From the NCBI GenBank assembly GCA_013336165.1, contig JAAXUF010000008.1:8743-72742 (forward strand): DNA of 64,000 nt, read 5' to 3'. Positions within the stretch are counted from its first letter, which is position 1. Each line of letters opens with the position of its first letter. The notes beneath the pieces were generated by a model, which was not told the origin of the DNA, did no database searches, and saw nothing but the letters and a program-made list of their open reading frames with translations. Both the position numbers and the translations under genes were made by a program. This DNA is from Coriobacteriia bacterium. GTDB lineage: Bacteria; Actinomycetota; Coriobacteriia; Anaerosomatales; JAAXUF01. Below, one piece after another: positions 19,843-29,366 of the stretch.

Positions 19843-20492
19843 TCGCGCGCACCTCGCAGTCGGCACGGCTCGCGGGCGTTGTCGCCGCCGTGGTCTTGGC
19901 CGCGACGCTGGTGGGCTCACAGGCGCTGGCCGGAGCACATGCGCCGGCAGGGGGGGTGGCCTCCACCGGAAAACTCGTGGGTCAGACGAGCTCGGCGTAT
20001 CTGGGCGGGCTGCGAACTTTCGCGGCCGCCGTCCTGTGGAACCGGATCGATCCCCAGTTCCATCAGTACTACGGGGCGTCGTTTGACGAGAGTTTTGGAA
20101 CTTTCACGCCAACGGTGCGGATGGTACAGGCCCTTGATCCGCAGTTCATCCAAGCGTACTACGTTGCGGCATACTGGATCGCACGCCACAAGAGCGTGCC
20201 CGAGGGGCTTCAGATTGCTGAAGAGGGGATCGATAACAACCCCCAGTCCGGACTCATGCGCGCCAACTACGTGCAGATCGCTCTGTTGGCCGAGACGCCC
20301 GACATGACCGAGATCATGAAGCAGGCCACGATCGGCATCGGCGCCGACATGCAGTGGGCGAGCCACGCCGATGAGTTCGAAGGCCTTGGCATCTTCTCGG
20401 CCGCATTCAACATCTCCGGTGATACTGCGACTGTGGCTAAGCTCAAGGCACGCCAGGCGGCGCTGCCGGACGACCCGGTTTCACCCGAGTAG
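19839..20492 (+). CDS. Hypothetical secreted/membrane-anchored protein
   Basis: The GTG start overlaps the permease stop (GTGA). It has an N-terminal signal/anchor (AAVVLAATLVGSQALAG) and no recognisable family. Confidence 0.45.
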   Translation: MIARTSQSARLAGVVAAVVLAATLVGSQALAGAHAPAGGVASTGKLVGQTSSAYLGGLRTFAAAVLWNRIDPQFHQYYGASFDESFGTFTPTVRMVQALDPQFIQAYYVAAYWIARHKSVPEGLQIAEEGIDNNPQSGLMRANYVQIALLAETPDMTEIMKQATIGIGADMQWASHADEFEGLGIFSAAFNISGDTATVAKLKARQAALPDDPVSPE

Positions 20493-20503
20493 AGAGGCTG
20501 CAG

Positions 20504-20995
20504 TTGACCCTGTCACCGGATCACTACCTTCGCGCGGTTAGCGACATCGACCTTGACGCTTTGGCGGCTCAAGGCATCGACACGCTCCTGATCGATCTCG
20601 ACAATACGCTGTTGCCGCGCGATACGAGTAGGATCTCGGACGAGGCATTCGCTTGGGCCGCCGAGATCAAGAGCCGGGGCTTTCGTGCCTGCCTGGTCTC
20701 GAACAACTGGCATGATCGGGTGTTCAATGCCGCAGACTCGCTCGGGTTCGAACTCGTCTCGAAGGCGATCAAGCCGTTGCCGTTCGCATTCTTGATTGCG
20801 CTCAAGAAGACGGGGTCGTCTCGGCGTCGGGCGGCCGTGATCGGCGACCAGCTTTTCACTGATATCCTCGGCGGGAAGATGCTGGGCATGAAGACGATTA
20901 TGGTGCTGCCACTTTCGCCCAGCGATCTTGCTCACACGCTGCTTCTTCGCCGCCTGGAGCGAGTGGTTCTGGCGGGACGGCAGCCGCTCCCGTAG
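20504..20995 (+). CDS. HAD-superfamily IIIA phosphatase, YqeG-like
   Basis: TTG start. Motif I LLIDLDNTL and motif II LVSNN. It sits just upstream of aroE, as yqeG does in Firmicutes. Confidence 0.7.
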   Translation: MTLSPDHYLRAVSDIDLDALAAQGIDTLLIDLDNTLLPRDTSRISDEAFAWAAEIKSRGFRACLVSNNWHDRVFNAADSLGFELVSKAIKPLPFAFLIALKKTGSSRRRAAVIGDQLFTDILGGKMLGMKTIMVLPLSPSDLAHTLLLRRLERVVLAGRQPLP

Positions 20996-21032
20996 GATGG
21001 ACTGTAGCGTCCTCGTAAGGAGCCGACGAGAA

Positions 21033-21932
21033 GTGCCTCATATCAGCGGGAAAACGAAACTTGCCGGCGTCACCGGCCGGCCCTTGGATCACTCGCTTTC
21101 GCCTGCGATGCATAACGCGGCGTATGAGGATCTCGGCTTGGATTGGGTGTATGTTCCGCTTGAAGTCTCCGACGAGCGCGCGCTGGCCGATCTGGCGGCG
21201 GCGGTTCGGGTCCTCCCGTTCGTCGGATTCAATGTCACCATGCCCTACAAGCAGGCGATGCTCTCTTTGTGTGACGAGGTATCTTCAGAGGCGCGCGCGG
21301 CAGGGGCCGTCAACACGGTTTCACACGCCGACGGTTGGCTCATCGGTCACAACACTGATGGCATCGGACTGCTTGAGTCACTGCGAGTTGATGCGGGCTT
21401 CGATCCGGCAGGCAAGCGAGTGGTACTCCTCGGCGCGGGCGGTGCCGCGCGCGGCGCGCTGGCGGTCCTGTTGCTTGCAGGATGCGAGAGCGTGACCGTC
21501 GTCAATCGCGACATGTCGCGAGCTGAGGCGCTCATCGATGACATGGCGTCGTGGATCGGGTCGGCCGCGGTGGATGCCGCGGAGCTCGGCGACGCCGCCG
21601 AGCAGGTCGCAGATGCGCACCTCGTCATCAACGCCACGCCCTTGGGGATGCGTCCCGATGACGCGAGCCCCGTGCCCATCGAGTGGCTACATGCCGGTTC
21701 CGTCGTCCTGGACATGGTGTACGGCACTCCGCGCCAGACGGCGCTTGTCGAAGGCGCACGCTCACGCGGTGCGATTGCGGTCGACGGTCTCGGCATGCTG
21801 GTGCACCAAGGGGCCGCCGCCATCGACATCTGGAACGCGGCTGCCGAGGGGCCACGCGCGTCGCGTGACGTCATGCGCCGAGCGGCAGAAGATGCGCTTG
21901 CCGTGCGATTCCAGCCCGAGCCGAGAGGGTAG
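21033..21932 (+). CDS. aroE: Shikimate dehydrogenase
   Basis: Contains KLAGVTGRPLDHSLSPAMHNAAY, NVTMPYK and GAGGAARG. The start is a GTG 9 nt after the SD sequence AAGGAG. Confidence 0.9.
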   Translation: MPHISGKTKLAGVTGRPLDHSLSPAMHNAAYEDLGLDWVYVPLEVSDERALADLAAAVRVLPFVGFNVTMPYKQAMLSLCDEVSSEARAAGAVNTVSHADGWLIGHNTDGIGLLESLRVDAGFDPAGKRVVLLGAGGAARGALAVLLLAGCESVTVVNRDMSRAEALIDDMASWIGSAAVDAAELGDAAEQVADAHLVINATPLGMRPDDASPVPIEWLHAGSVVLDMVYGTPRQTALVEGARSRGAIAVDGLGMLVHQGAAAIDIWNAAAEGPRASRDVMRRAAEDALAVRFQPEPRG

Positions 21933-21935
21933 ATC

Positions 21936-23609
21936 ATGGCGGTCACCCGAAGCACACGGCTCGGCAGGATTTTGGTCGGATCCGGTCTGATCAGCGAGAG
22001 CCAGCTTGCACAGGCGCTTGCGGTTTCGGGCGACCGGCCGCTGCCGGGCGTCCTGGAGGAATTGCATTTTGCGAGCGAGATCGCCGTGGCCAAATCGATT
22101 GCCGAGGTCATGCACGTCGATTTCATCGACATCGCGTCATACGATCTTGACCCGAATGCGGCGATCACCCTGAAGCCTGATCTGATGAGACGCCATCGCG
22201 TCTTGCCGGTGAAGATGCAAAACGGCGACCTCATTCTGGCGATGGCCGACCCGGCCGATCTGTTCGCGCTTGACGACGTTCGCATCGCCACGCGTAAGGA
22301 AATTCACCCGGTCGTCGCAGTCGAGCGCGACCTTCTGGCGGCCATAGAGCGTTTCACGGCCTCGCAAACCAACGTGAGCGGGATGGTGGGAGATCTTGAG
22401 GAGAGCGTCGGCTCGAACCTCGAAGACGAAGAGAGTGCCGAGGCGGGCGCGGAGTCGCCGGCTTCGCGTCTCATGAACCACATCGTGACAGATGCGATTC
22501 GCCGAGGGGCCGGCGACATCTACATCGAGCCAGGCGAGAACGACATGCGTATCCGGTTTCGCATCGACGGGGTATGTCAGGTGGTCGACGTCTTGCCCAA
22601 GAAGCTGCACCGCCAGCTCGTGAGCCGCCTGAAGATCAGCGCCGGTATGGACATTGCCGAGAGGCGCGTCCCGCAGGACGGCCGCTTTGGCGTCACCCTC
22701 GACGGCAAGGCGATCGACTTTCGAGTCGCCGTTCTCCCTCTGGTCTACGGCGAGCTGGCCGTGCTTCGGCTACTCAGGCGCGATTCGATCATGATGTCGC
22801 TCACGGACCTCGGCTTTCTTGAGCATAACCTCAAGCAGTTCCTGAACGCTCTCGCGCTGCCGTACGGCGCGATCCTTGTGACCGGGCCGACCGGCTCGGG
22901 CAAGTCGACCACGCTCTATGCTGCGATCAATGAGACGAGCGATCCCACAGCCAACCTCATCACCGTCGAGGATCCGGTCGAGTATCAGCTTGCAGGTCTT
23001 TCGCAGGTCCAAGTGAACGAGAAGGCCGGGCTCACCTTCGCCGCAGCACTGCGCTCGATTCTTCGCCAAGACCCGGACAAGGTGATGATCGGCGAGATTC
23101 GCGACAAAGAGACCGGCACGATCGCGATCGAGGCCGCACTAACCGGCCACTTGGTGTTGTCCACGCTACACACCAACGACGCCCCCTCGGCGATCACGCG
23201 TCTGACCGAGATGGGCATTGAGCCGTTCCTCTCGGCGTCCGCGCTCACGCTGGTGATGGCACAGCGTCTTGCCCGGCGCCTGTGCCCCGACTGCAAAGAG
23301 GTGTATCGGCCGGATGAGGAAGCCTTGCGCCGAATCGGGTTCCCGTTCGAGCCGGGCAAGGTCCCGCAGCTGTATCGGGCGCGCGGGTGCCGCAAGTGCG
23401 GCGGGGTAGGGTACCGGGGGCGTCTTGGAATCCACGAAGTCATGACGATGTCCGAGTCGATCCGCCAGCTGGTGGTCAGCCGAGTTTCCGCCGACGAAAT
23501 CGCAAAGCAAGCTGTGCGCGAGGGGATGCTCACTCTGCGAGACGACGGATTCGCGAAAGTGGCCATGGGTCAGACGTCGATCGAAGAAGTCCTGCGCGTC
23601 GTAGTCTGA
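21936..23609 (+). CDS. pilB: Type IV pilus assembly ATPase PilB/GspE-like, paralog 1 (with T2SSE_N domain)
   Basis: N-terminal T2SSE_N domain (LGRILVGSGLISESQLAQAL). Walker A GPTGSGKSTT, Asp box, Walker B VMIGEIRD, His box, and a tetracysteine motif CPDC...CRKCGG. Confidence 0.9.
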   Translation: MAVTRSTRLGRILVGSGLISESQLAQALAVSGDRPLPGVLEELHFASEIAVAKSIAEVMHVDFIDIASYDLDPNAAITLKPDLMRRHRVLPVKMQNGDLILAMADPADLFALDDVRIATRKEIHPVVAVERDLLAAIERFTASQTNVSGMVGDLEESVGSNLEDEESAEAGAESPASRLMNHIVTDAIRRGAGDIYIEPGENDMRIRFRIDGVCQVVDVLPKKLHRQLVSRLKISAGMDIAERRVPQDGRFGVTLDGKAIDFRVAVLPLVYGELAVLRLLRRDSIMMSLTDLGFLEHNLKQFLNALALPYGAILVTGPTGSGKSTTLYAAINETSDPTANLITVEDPVEYQLAGLSQVQVNEKAGLTFAAALRSILRQDPDKVMIGEIRDKETGTIAIEAALTGHLVLSTLHTNDAPSAITRLTEMGIEPFLSASALTLVMAQRLARRLCPDCKEVYRPDEEALRRIGFPFEPGKVPQLYRARGCRKCGGVGYRGRLGIHEVMTMSESIRQLVVSRVSADEIAKQAVREGMLTLRDDGFAKVAMGQTSIEEVLRVVV

Positions 23610-23756
23610 TCCGGCCCGACACCTTGAGGCCTGCAGTCGACGGACGTTGTGCCTGACCCCCCTTCGTGAGAACATTCGAGCGCGTCCCGACACTTGCCGA
23701 TAATCGAGTGGACCGGGCACACACCGTTGGAGACGAAGACCGAAAGGTACTCTGGG

Positions 23757-24131
23757 ATGAATGCAGTACTTGAGTCTCTCATCGGAAGCGAGCCTGAGAT
23801 AGAAGCTGCGGCATTTGTTCGAGGCGACGGCGCTGTCGAATCCTCAACCTTCCGTTCGAAGGCGCAGGAATCTCGCATCGGGGCAATGGCCGCAGCGATC
23901 GTTGATGTGTGCAATCGTGCTTCCGCCGAAATCGGCCGAGGCGAGCCGACGGAGGTGGCCATCGCGGGTGCGGACGGCTACGTCGCGATTGTCTCGGCGA
24001 AGGATGATAGGTACTTGGTATGTGCGACTTCCTTGGCGGCCGACGTTCGTACCGTGTTGGCAACCATGCGGGTGGTAGTGGATTCGAGCCAGACTGCCGG
24101 AGAGTGCGTCTCGCCGGCTCAACAGGGGTAG
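23757..24131 (+). CDS. Roadblock/LC7 (MglB/CvnB-like) domain protein
   Basis: About 124 aa with an alpha-beta-alpha Robl-like pattern (EIEAAAFVRGDGAVESS...AAAIVDVCNRA...VAIAGADGYVAIV). An alternative start lies at 23694. Confidence 0.6.
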   Translation: MNAVLESLIGSEPEIEAAAFVRGDGAVESSTFRSKAQESRIGAMAAAIVDVCNRASAEIGRGEPTEVAIAGADGYVAIVSAKDDRYLVCATSLAADVRTVLATMRVVVDSSQTAGECVSPAQQG

Positions 24132-24146
24132 GGGCGAGCGCTCCAC

Positions 24147-25310
24147 ATGGCACTGCGCGGCAATCTTCAGGATTTCAGCCTTCCGGATATCTTTCAGCTG
24201 GTGTCATACAGCAGAAAGAACGGGGTGCTACACCTGCACGGTGCTGACGGCCTTACCGGTGACGTCATGTTCCGAGAAGGCCAGATCGCCCATGCTAGGA
24301 GCGACCGGTGGAAGGAGCCGCTGGGCGAGCGGCTTGTACGTTCGCGCAAGATATCGCGCCAAGACCTCAAGTGCGCTCTCGAAATCCGAGATCATGGCGA
24401 CTCGGATGACAGGCGTCTCGGGCGGATCCTTATCGACACCGGCTGTGCGAGCGAAGATGTAGTCACGGACTTCGTTCGCGAGCAGGTACAGGAGACGGTT
24501 TTCGATCTCATGCAGTGGGAGGAAGGCGACTTCAGCTTCGAAGCGACTTCCGATGTCGTGGACGAAGATGTCGGCCCGGCACTCTCCATCGAGAACATCA
24601 TCATGGAGGGCAGCAGGCGGCTGGAGGAGTGGACCACCATCCGACGCAAGATCCCGTCGGCCGAGGTGGTGCTGGGGTTGGCTATCGCACCAGGGGACGG
24701 CGACGTCGACATCTCACTGAAGCCCGCTGAGTGGGCCCTGATGCCGTTCATCGACGGCCGACGCTCTGTCGCTACCATCGCATTTGAGTCCGGGCGCACG
24801 GAGTTCGAGGTCGCCAGAACGCTCTACGGGTTGCTGGGCGCCGGGCTGCTCGAGTTCGCCGAGACCGATGTCGACAGCGAGCAGGAGCCGCAAGCCGATC
24901 TCGCTGTCGTGACCGAGGAGCCGGTGCCCGCACAGGAAGAGGCGGAACTCGAACCGGAACCCGAACTAGAGCCGGAACCCCAACCCGAGCCGGTCTTCGT
25001 GATAGACGAACCCATCTACGAGACACTGCCGGTGGCCGAGCCGGAGATGCCGGCGGTCACCTCGCCTGAGGATGTGCCGCAAGGTCCACCACTCGCCCTC
25101 TTTGACGCCGAGCAGCCCGAGCCGACACCGGTATCCTTCGAGGGACTCGGCGAAGAGTTGTCTGCTCTGACTGGTGCAGAGCGCCGGGTGCGCCCGGAAG
25201 CACGGTCAGCGCCGGAACCGGACAGCCAACCCCGGGAGCCGTTGCGTTCCCGTTCTCAAATCAACAAGGACACTCTTCTCAAGGTCATAAATGGCCTGCG
25301 GAAGCTGTAG
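24147..25310 (+). CDS. DUF4388-like domain protein with an acidic P/E-rich disordered C-terminal half
   Basis: The N-terminus LRGNLQDFSLPDIFQLVSYSRKNGVLHL matches the DUF4388 signature. A second related block is present (PFIDGRRSVATIAFESGRTEFEVARTLYGLL), followed by EPEPELEPEPQPEP repeats. Confidence 0.55.
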   Translation: MALRGNLQDFSLPDIFQLVSYSRKNGVLHLHGADGLTGDVMFREGQIAHARSDRWKEPLGERLVRSRKISRQDLKCALEIRDHGDSDDRRLGRILIDTGCASEDVVTDFVREQVQETVFDLMQWEEGDFSFEATSDVVDEDVGPALSIENIIMEGSRRLEEWTTIRRKIPSAEVVLGLAIAPGDGDVDISLKPAEWALMPFIDGRRSVATIAFESGRTEFEVARTLYGLLGAGLLEFAETDVDSEQEPQADLAVVTEEPVPAQEEAELEPEPELEPEPQPEPVFVIDEPIYETLPVAEPEMPAVTSPEDVPQGPPLALFDAEQPEPTPVSFEGLGEELSALTGAERRVRPEARSAPEPDSQPREPLRSRSQINKDTLLKVINGLRKL

Positions 25311-25325
25311 AGAGAGCAAGGGTAC

Positions 25326-25850
25326 ATGCATTCGCTCAAGGTCGTCATCGTTGGTCCGGCGGGCTCCGGCAAGACGACGTTCATCGGCGCAGTGAGCGAG
25401 ATCACCGTGCTTTCGACCCGCCGCGAGATCGGTGCGGGTGGCAAGGATGCGGCGGACCGCATTGCGGTAGACATGGACTTCGGCCGGGTCACCCTTGCCG
25501 ACGACATCGTTCTCTACCTCTTTGGCACACCGGGGCATGAGCGCGTTTCCTTCATGTGGGAGACTCTTTCCGAGGGGTTGCTCGGCTTCGTGGTGCTGCT
25601 CGACAGTGAGAATTCGGCGTCTCTCGAAGAGGCCCGCGAGACAATTGCGTTTCTGAGGGGTGACTCCGAGTTGCCATTTCTGGTCGCGGCGAACAAGCTT
25701 GCACCGGATGACGCAGCGGCCGTCAAGCATTTGCGCACGTCGCTGCACCTGCCCGATGACATTCCGCTTGTTTCGGTAGATGCAAGAAGCAGAGAATCGG
25801 CAAAGCTAGTCCTTGAAGGTTTGGCGCAAGAAGCAGTGAGGAGAGGTTAG
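25326..25850 (+). CDS. Small Ras-like GTPase (MglA / CvnD 'ATP/GTP-binding protein' family)
   Basis: G1 GPAGSGKT, G3 FGTPGHERV, and an NKxD-like ANKLAPDD motif. 174 aa. Confidence 0.65.
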   Translation: MHSLKVVIVGPAGSGKTTFIGAVSEITVLSTRREIGAGGKDAADRIAVDMDFGRVTLADDIVLYLFGTPGHERVSFMWETLSEGLLGFVVLLDSENSASLEEARETIAFLRGDSELPFLVAANKLAPDDAAAVKHLRTSLHLPDDIPLVSVDARSRESAKLVLEGLAQEAVRRG

Positions 25851-26300
25851 ATGACCCCGGAGTTGAATCGGATCGCCCTTGTCGGCGGAGCGGGTCTCCT
25901 GCTGGTCGTCGCCATGATGGTGCTGATCGTCTCGGCTGTCCGTGGTTCCCGGGCACGGAAGCGGCAGAAGGCTGCGGCGGCGCAGTATGTCGCACCGCCC
26001 GAGAGCGGGCAGTCTCCGGCTCCGGCCGAGCCCCCGGTATCGCCTCCGGTCTGGGTTCAAGCCGAGGAGCCCCTGGCCCCGGAGCCTGTCGGCACGGCCG
26101 TTCTCCAGGAGATCGAGCCCGCCGACTTCTCCCCGGAAGAAGTGCCAGTCAAGTACGCGATGACCGCGCCGGCGGAGATGTGGTTCGACGATCTTCACGT
26201 CGGCGTCAAGGCAGAAAGCGTCACCGCCGAGCGTCTGCGCTACTATGCTGACATCCTATTGGATGAGGTACATAACTCCTCGTCGAAGCGCGAGCAGTAA
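25851..26300 (+). CDS. Hypothetical single-pass membrane protein with a P/E-rich linker
   Basis: The start abuts the GTPase stop (TAGATG). It has a TM helix (IALVGGAGLLLVVAMMVLIVSAV) and no recognised family. Confidence 0.45.
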   Translation: MTPELNRIALVGGAGLLLVVAMMVLIVSAVRGSRARKRQKAAAAQYVAPPESGQSPAPAEPPVSPPVWVQAEEPLAPEPVGTAVLQEIEPADFSPEEVPVKYAMTAPAEMWFDDLHVGVKAESVTAERLRYYADILLDEVHNSSSKREQ

Positions 26301-26321
26301 GCGGTCCAAAGAGAGGTTCTC

Positions 26322-27995
26322 TTGGCAGACGCGGCACAAAGGCTCGGTGAACTACTCGTTCGGGCGGGCGTCATCACGGCCAGTCAGCGAGACGACGCCG
26401 TCCAGGTCCATGTCGCAACGGCTTCCCCGCTTGGCAAAGTGCTGGTTGAACTGGGCTATGCCAGCCACGGCGCGATCCTCGCGGTGGTGGCAAAGCAGAT
26501 CGGCATCGAGTACATGGATCTGAGCGAGCGTCGCCCCGAACCGGGCGCCGTTGCGCTCATACCGCGCGAAGTTGCGACGCGCTACATGCTGATGCCGCTC
26601 GAGATTCGGGGCAACACTCTTCTGGTTGCCATGGCCGATCCACAAAACGTGCTCACCATCGATCACGTCAGGATCATCACCGGGCACGAGATCAGACCCG
26701 CGATCTCGACGAAGAATGACATCCTTGAGGCGATCCGGCAGTACTACGATGTTGCCGATCGTGACGACAGTGACCTGCGCCTAGAAACAGACGAACCGGA
26801 CGACGAGGAACTCGGCCAGTTGGCGGACGTCGAGTCCGAGGCGCCTGCGGTCAAGCTCGTGAACTACATCATCCAGAAGGCCGTCAACGACCGGGCCTCA
26901 GACATCCACATCGAACCGCAACAAGATGAACTGCGCGTGCGGTTCCGGGTGGACGGCGTGCTCGTTGAAGCGACACCGCCGATCCCGAAGTCTACTCAGG
27001 CATCCATCATCTCGCGGTTCAAGATCATGGCCGACATGGACATCTCGGAGTCGCGTCGGCCTCAAGACGGCCATTGCTCAGTATCCGTGGGCGGGCAAAA
27101 GCTCGATGTGCGAGTCTCGTCGTTGCCGACGGTTTTTGGCGAGCGCATGGTCTTGCGTCTCCTGCGCAAGGACTCGATCCTGCTGCAGCTCTCGGATCTG
27201 GGCTTCCTGCCCTCGGCGAAGGACCGCTTTGAAGCCGCTTTCACCAAGCCGTACGGCGCGGTCTTGGTCACGGGTCCCACCGGTTCAGGCAAGTCGACCA
27301 CGCTCTACGCTGCGGTCAATGTGCTCAACGACCCGTCCCGCCACATCATGACCGCCGAGGATCCGGTGGAGTACCGGCTCGCCGGCGTGAATCAATGCCA
27401 GGTGAACCCCAAATTGGGAATGACCTTCGCGCGAGCGCTGCGATCGTTTCTGCGCTGCTCTCCCGATGTGATCTTGGTGGGGGAGATCCGCGACCAAGAA
27501 ACGGCCAAGATCGCGATTGAGTCCGCGCTCACGGGACACTTAGTGCTCTCGACACTGCACACAAATGACTCCGCATCCGCGATCACTAGGTTGATCGAGA
27601 TGGGCGTCGAGCCGTTTCTGGTCTCGTCGGCTGTCGATTGCGTGCTCGCGCAGCGTCTTGCGCGGCGGCTATGCCCAGAATGCCGACAGGCGTGGACGCC
27701 GGAATCCGGGGCGCTCATTAAACTGGGCTACGATGCCGATAGTCTTCCCGACGTCGTATACCGGGCCGTGGGTTGCAGAAAGTGCGGCGGCACCGGCTAC
27801 AAGGGACGCTTGGGAGTTCATGAGGTTCTCTTGGTTTCCGACGAGATCAGGAGGCTGTGTGTTTCTGAAGCGTCAGTAGAGGAAATCAGACGCACCGCCA
27901 TTGAGCAGGGCATGAGGACATTGCGGCAGGACGGTCTTGAGAAGGTTCGACAGGGTCTGACGTCGGTTGAGGAAATCGTTCGTGTGATAGTGTAA
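26322..27995 (+). CDS. pilB: Type IV pilus assembly ATPase PilB/GspE-like, paralog 2 (with T2SSE_N domain)
   Basis: Same length (557 aa) and about 60-65% identical to paralog 1 across the ATPase core. Walker A GPTGSGKSTT and tetracysteine motif CPEC...CRKCGG. Confidence 0.9.
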   Translation: MADAAQRLGELLVRAGVITASQRDDAVQVHVATASPLGKVLVELGYASHGAILAVVAKQIGIEYMDLSERRPEPGAVALIPREVATRYMLMPLEIRGNTLLVAMADPQNVLTIDHVRIITGHEIRPAISTKNDILEAIRQYYDVADRDDSDLRLETDEPDDEELGQLADVESEAPAVKLVNYIIQKAVNDRASDIHIEPQQDELRVRFRVDGVLVEATPPIPKSTQASIISRFKIMADMDISESRRPQDGHCSVSVGGQKLDVRVSSLPTVFGERMVLRLLRKDSILLQLSDLGFLPSAKDRFEAAFTKPYGAVLVTGPTGSGKSTTLYAAVNVLNDPSRHIMTAEDPVEYRLAGVNQCQVNPKLGMTFARALRSFLRCSPDVILVGEIRDQETAKIAIESALTGHLVLSTLHTNDSASAITRLIEMGVEPFLVSSAVDCVLAQRLARRLCPECRQAWTPESGALIKLGYDADSLPDVVYRAVGCRKCGGTGYKGRLGVHEVLLVSDEIRRLCVSEASVEEIRRTAIEQGMRTLRQDGLEKVRQGLTSVEEIVRVIV

Positions 27996-28033
27996 GGTGG
28001 TCTTCAGGCGTTATGGGGGTATGAGGAGCAAGA

Positions 28034-29242
28034 ATGACGACATTTGCATACGCGGTCAGGGACAAGTCCGGCAAGGTTGTGAAGGGCAAGCTTGACGGTG
28101 AGAGCCAAGCGGCTGTCCAGAGCAAACTCTCCCAAATGGGCTACATCATTCTCGAGCTGAGACAGCAAAGTGCGCTCATGTCGTTCGGGGCAATCAAGAT
28201 CGGCGGCAGCGTCAAGCCCAAGGAAGTCACGATCTTCGCACGTCAGTTCTCCACGATGATCCATGCGGGGCTCTCGCTCACGAAATGTCTGACGATTCTG
28301 TCGCAGCAGACCGAGAGTGCAGCGCTTAAGGAAGTCATCGCTCAGATTGGGAAGGACGTCGAAGCCGGGCAGTCGCTATCTGAGGGGCTTGCTAAGCATC
28401 CCAAGGTCTTTCCCCCGATCTTCGTAAGCATGACCCGCGCCGGAGAAATCGGTGGTGTTCTGGACGAGGTCTTGGCTCGTGTGGCGGATCACCTTGAGGC
28501 CGAACAGGCTCTCAAAGGCAAGATCAGGTCCGCAATGATGTATCCGATCGCGATCGGATGCCTAGTAGTCCTCATCCTGGCGGCAATGCTGATCTTCGTG
28601 GTTCCCATATTTGTTGAGATGTTTGCGGGCATGGGAGGTACGCTTCCCCTGCCTACCCAAATCCTCGTAGACTTTTCCAATTTGGTCACGAGTTTCTGGG
28701 GCCTTGTGATTCTAGCTGCGATCATCGCTGTGATCTGGTTTTTTCGCTGGTGGTCCAAGGGGGCGGGGAAGCTGGCGTGGGACCGGATCAAGCTGGGCAT
28801 GCCTGTCTTTGGGCCCCTGGTTCGAAAGATTGCTCTGGCTAGGTTCAGCCGGACCTTTGCGACACTGGTTTCCGCCGGTGTTCCGATCCTTCAAGCACTG
28901 GACATAGTCGCTGAGACATCGGGTAACGAGGTGATCTCTCTTGCTGTGAAGAAGTCGCGTGCTGCCATCAAGGAGGGCGAGACTATTGCCAAGCCGCTGT
29001 CGGAATCTAAGGTCTTCCCCCCGATGCTTGTTCAGATGATCAGCGTAGGCGAGGAAACCGGTGCGTTGGACACCATGCTCAACAAAGTTGCTGAGTTCTA
29101 CGATGAGGAGGTCGCCTCAGCAACGGATGGGCTGACATCGCTGATTGAGCCGCTCATGATGGTTACGCTCGGTCTGATAGTGGGAGGTATGGTGATAGCT
29201 CTGTACCTTCCGATGTTCAATGTGATAGCGTTAGTCAAGTAG
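28034..29242 (+). CDS. pilC: Type IV pilus inner-membrane platform protein PilC (two GspF/T2SSF domains)
   Basis: Two T2SSF repeats with 3 TM helices; typical length of 402 aa. Confidence 0.9.
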   Translation: MTTFAYAVRDKSGKVVKGKLDGESQAAVQSKLSQMGYIILELRQQSALMSFGAIKIGGSVKPKEVTIFARQFSTMIHAGLSLTKCLTILSQQTESAALKEVIAQIGKDVEAGQSLSEGLAKHPKVFPPIFVSMTRAGEIGGVLDEVLARVADHLEAEQALKGKIRSAMMYPIAIGCLVVLILAAMLIFVVPIFVEMFAGMGGTLPLPTQILVDFSNLVTSFWGLVILAAIIAVIWFFRWWSKGAGKLAWDRIKLGMPVFGPLVRKIALARFSRTFATLVSAGVPILQALDIVAETSGNEVISLAVKKSRAAIKEGETIAKPLSESKVFPPMLVQMISVGEETGALDTMLNKVAEFYDEEVASATDGLTSLIEPLMMVTLGLIVGGMVIALYLPMFNVIALVK

Positions 29243-29366
29243 GGGGGTGGTTTCATCGAAGACTCTTGGCGTGTCTCAAGTTTCGCGTCCATGCGTCGAT
29301 ATAGGAACTACAAACACAGTGGGCGAACCCACGCAGGTCCCCAAAAGGGGAAGGAGACTCGAGGAA

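Noticed and set aside
29290-29320. Possible sigma-54 (-24/-12) promoter upstream of the first pilin (ttGGcgtgtctcaaGTttcgc)
   Set aside because: The GG-N10-GC spacing is not met (GT at the -12 position). The lineage appears actinobacterial, where RpoN is generally absent.
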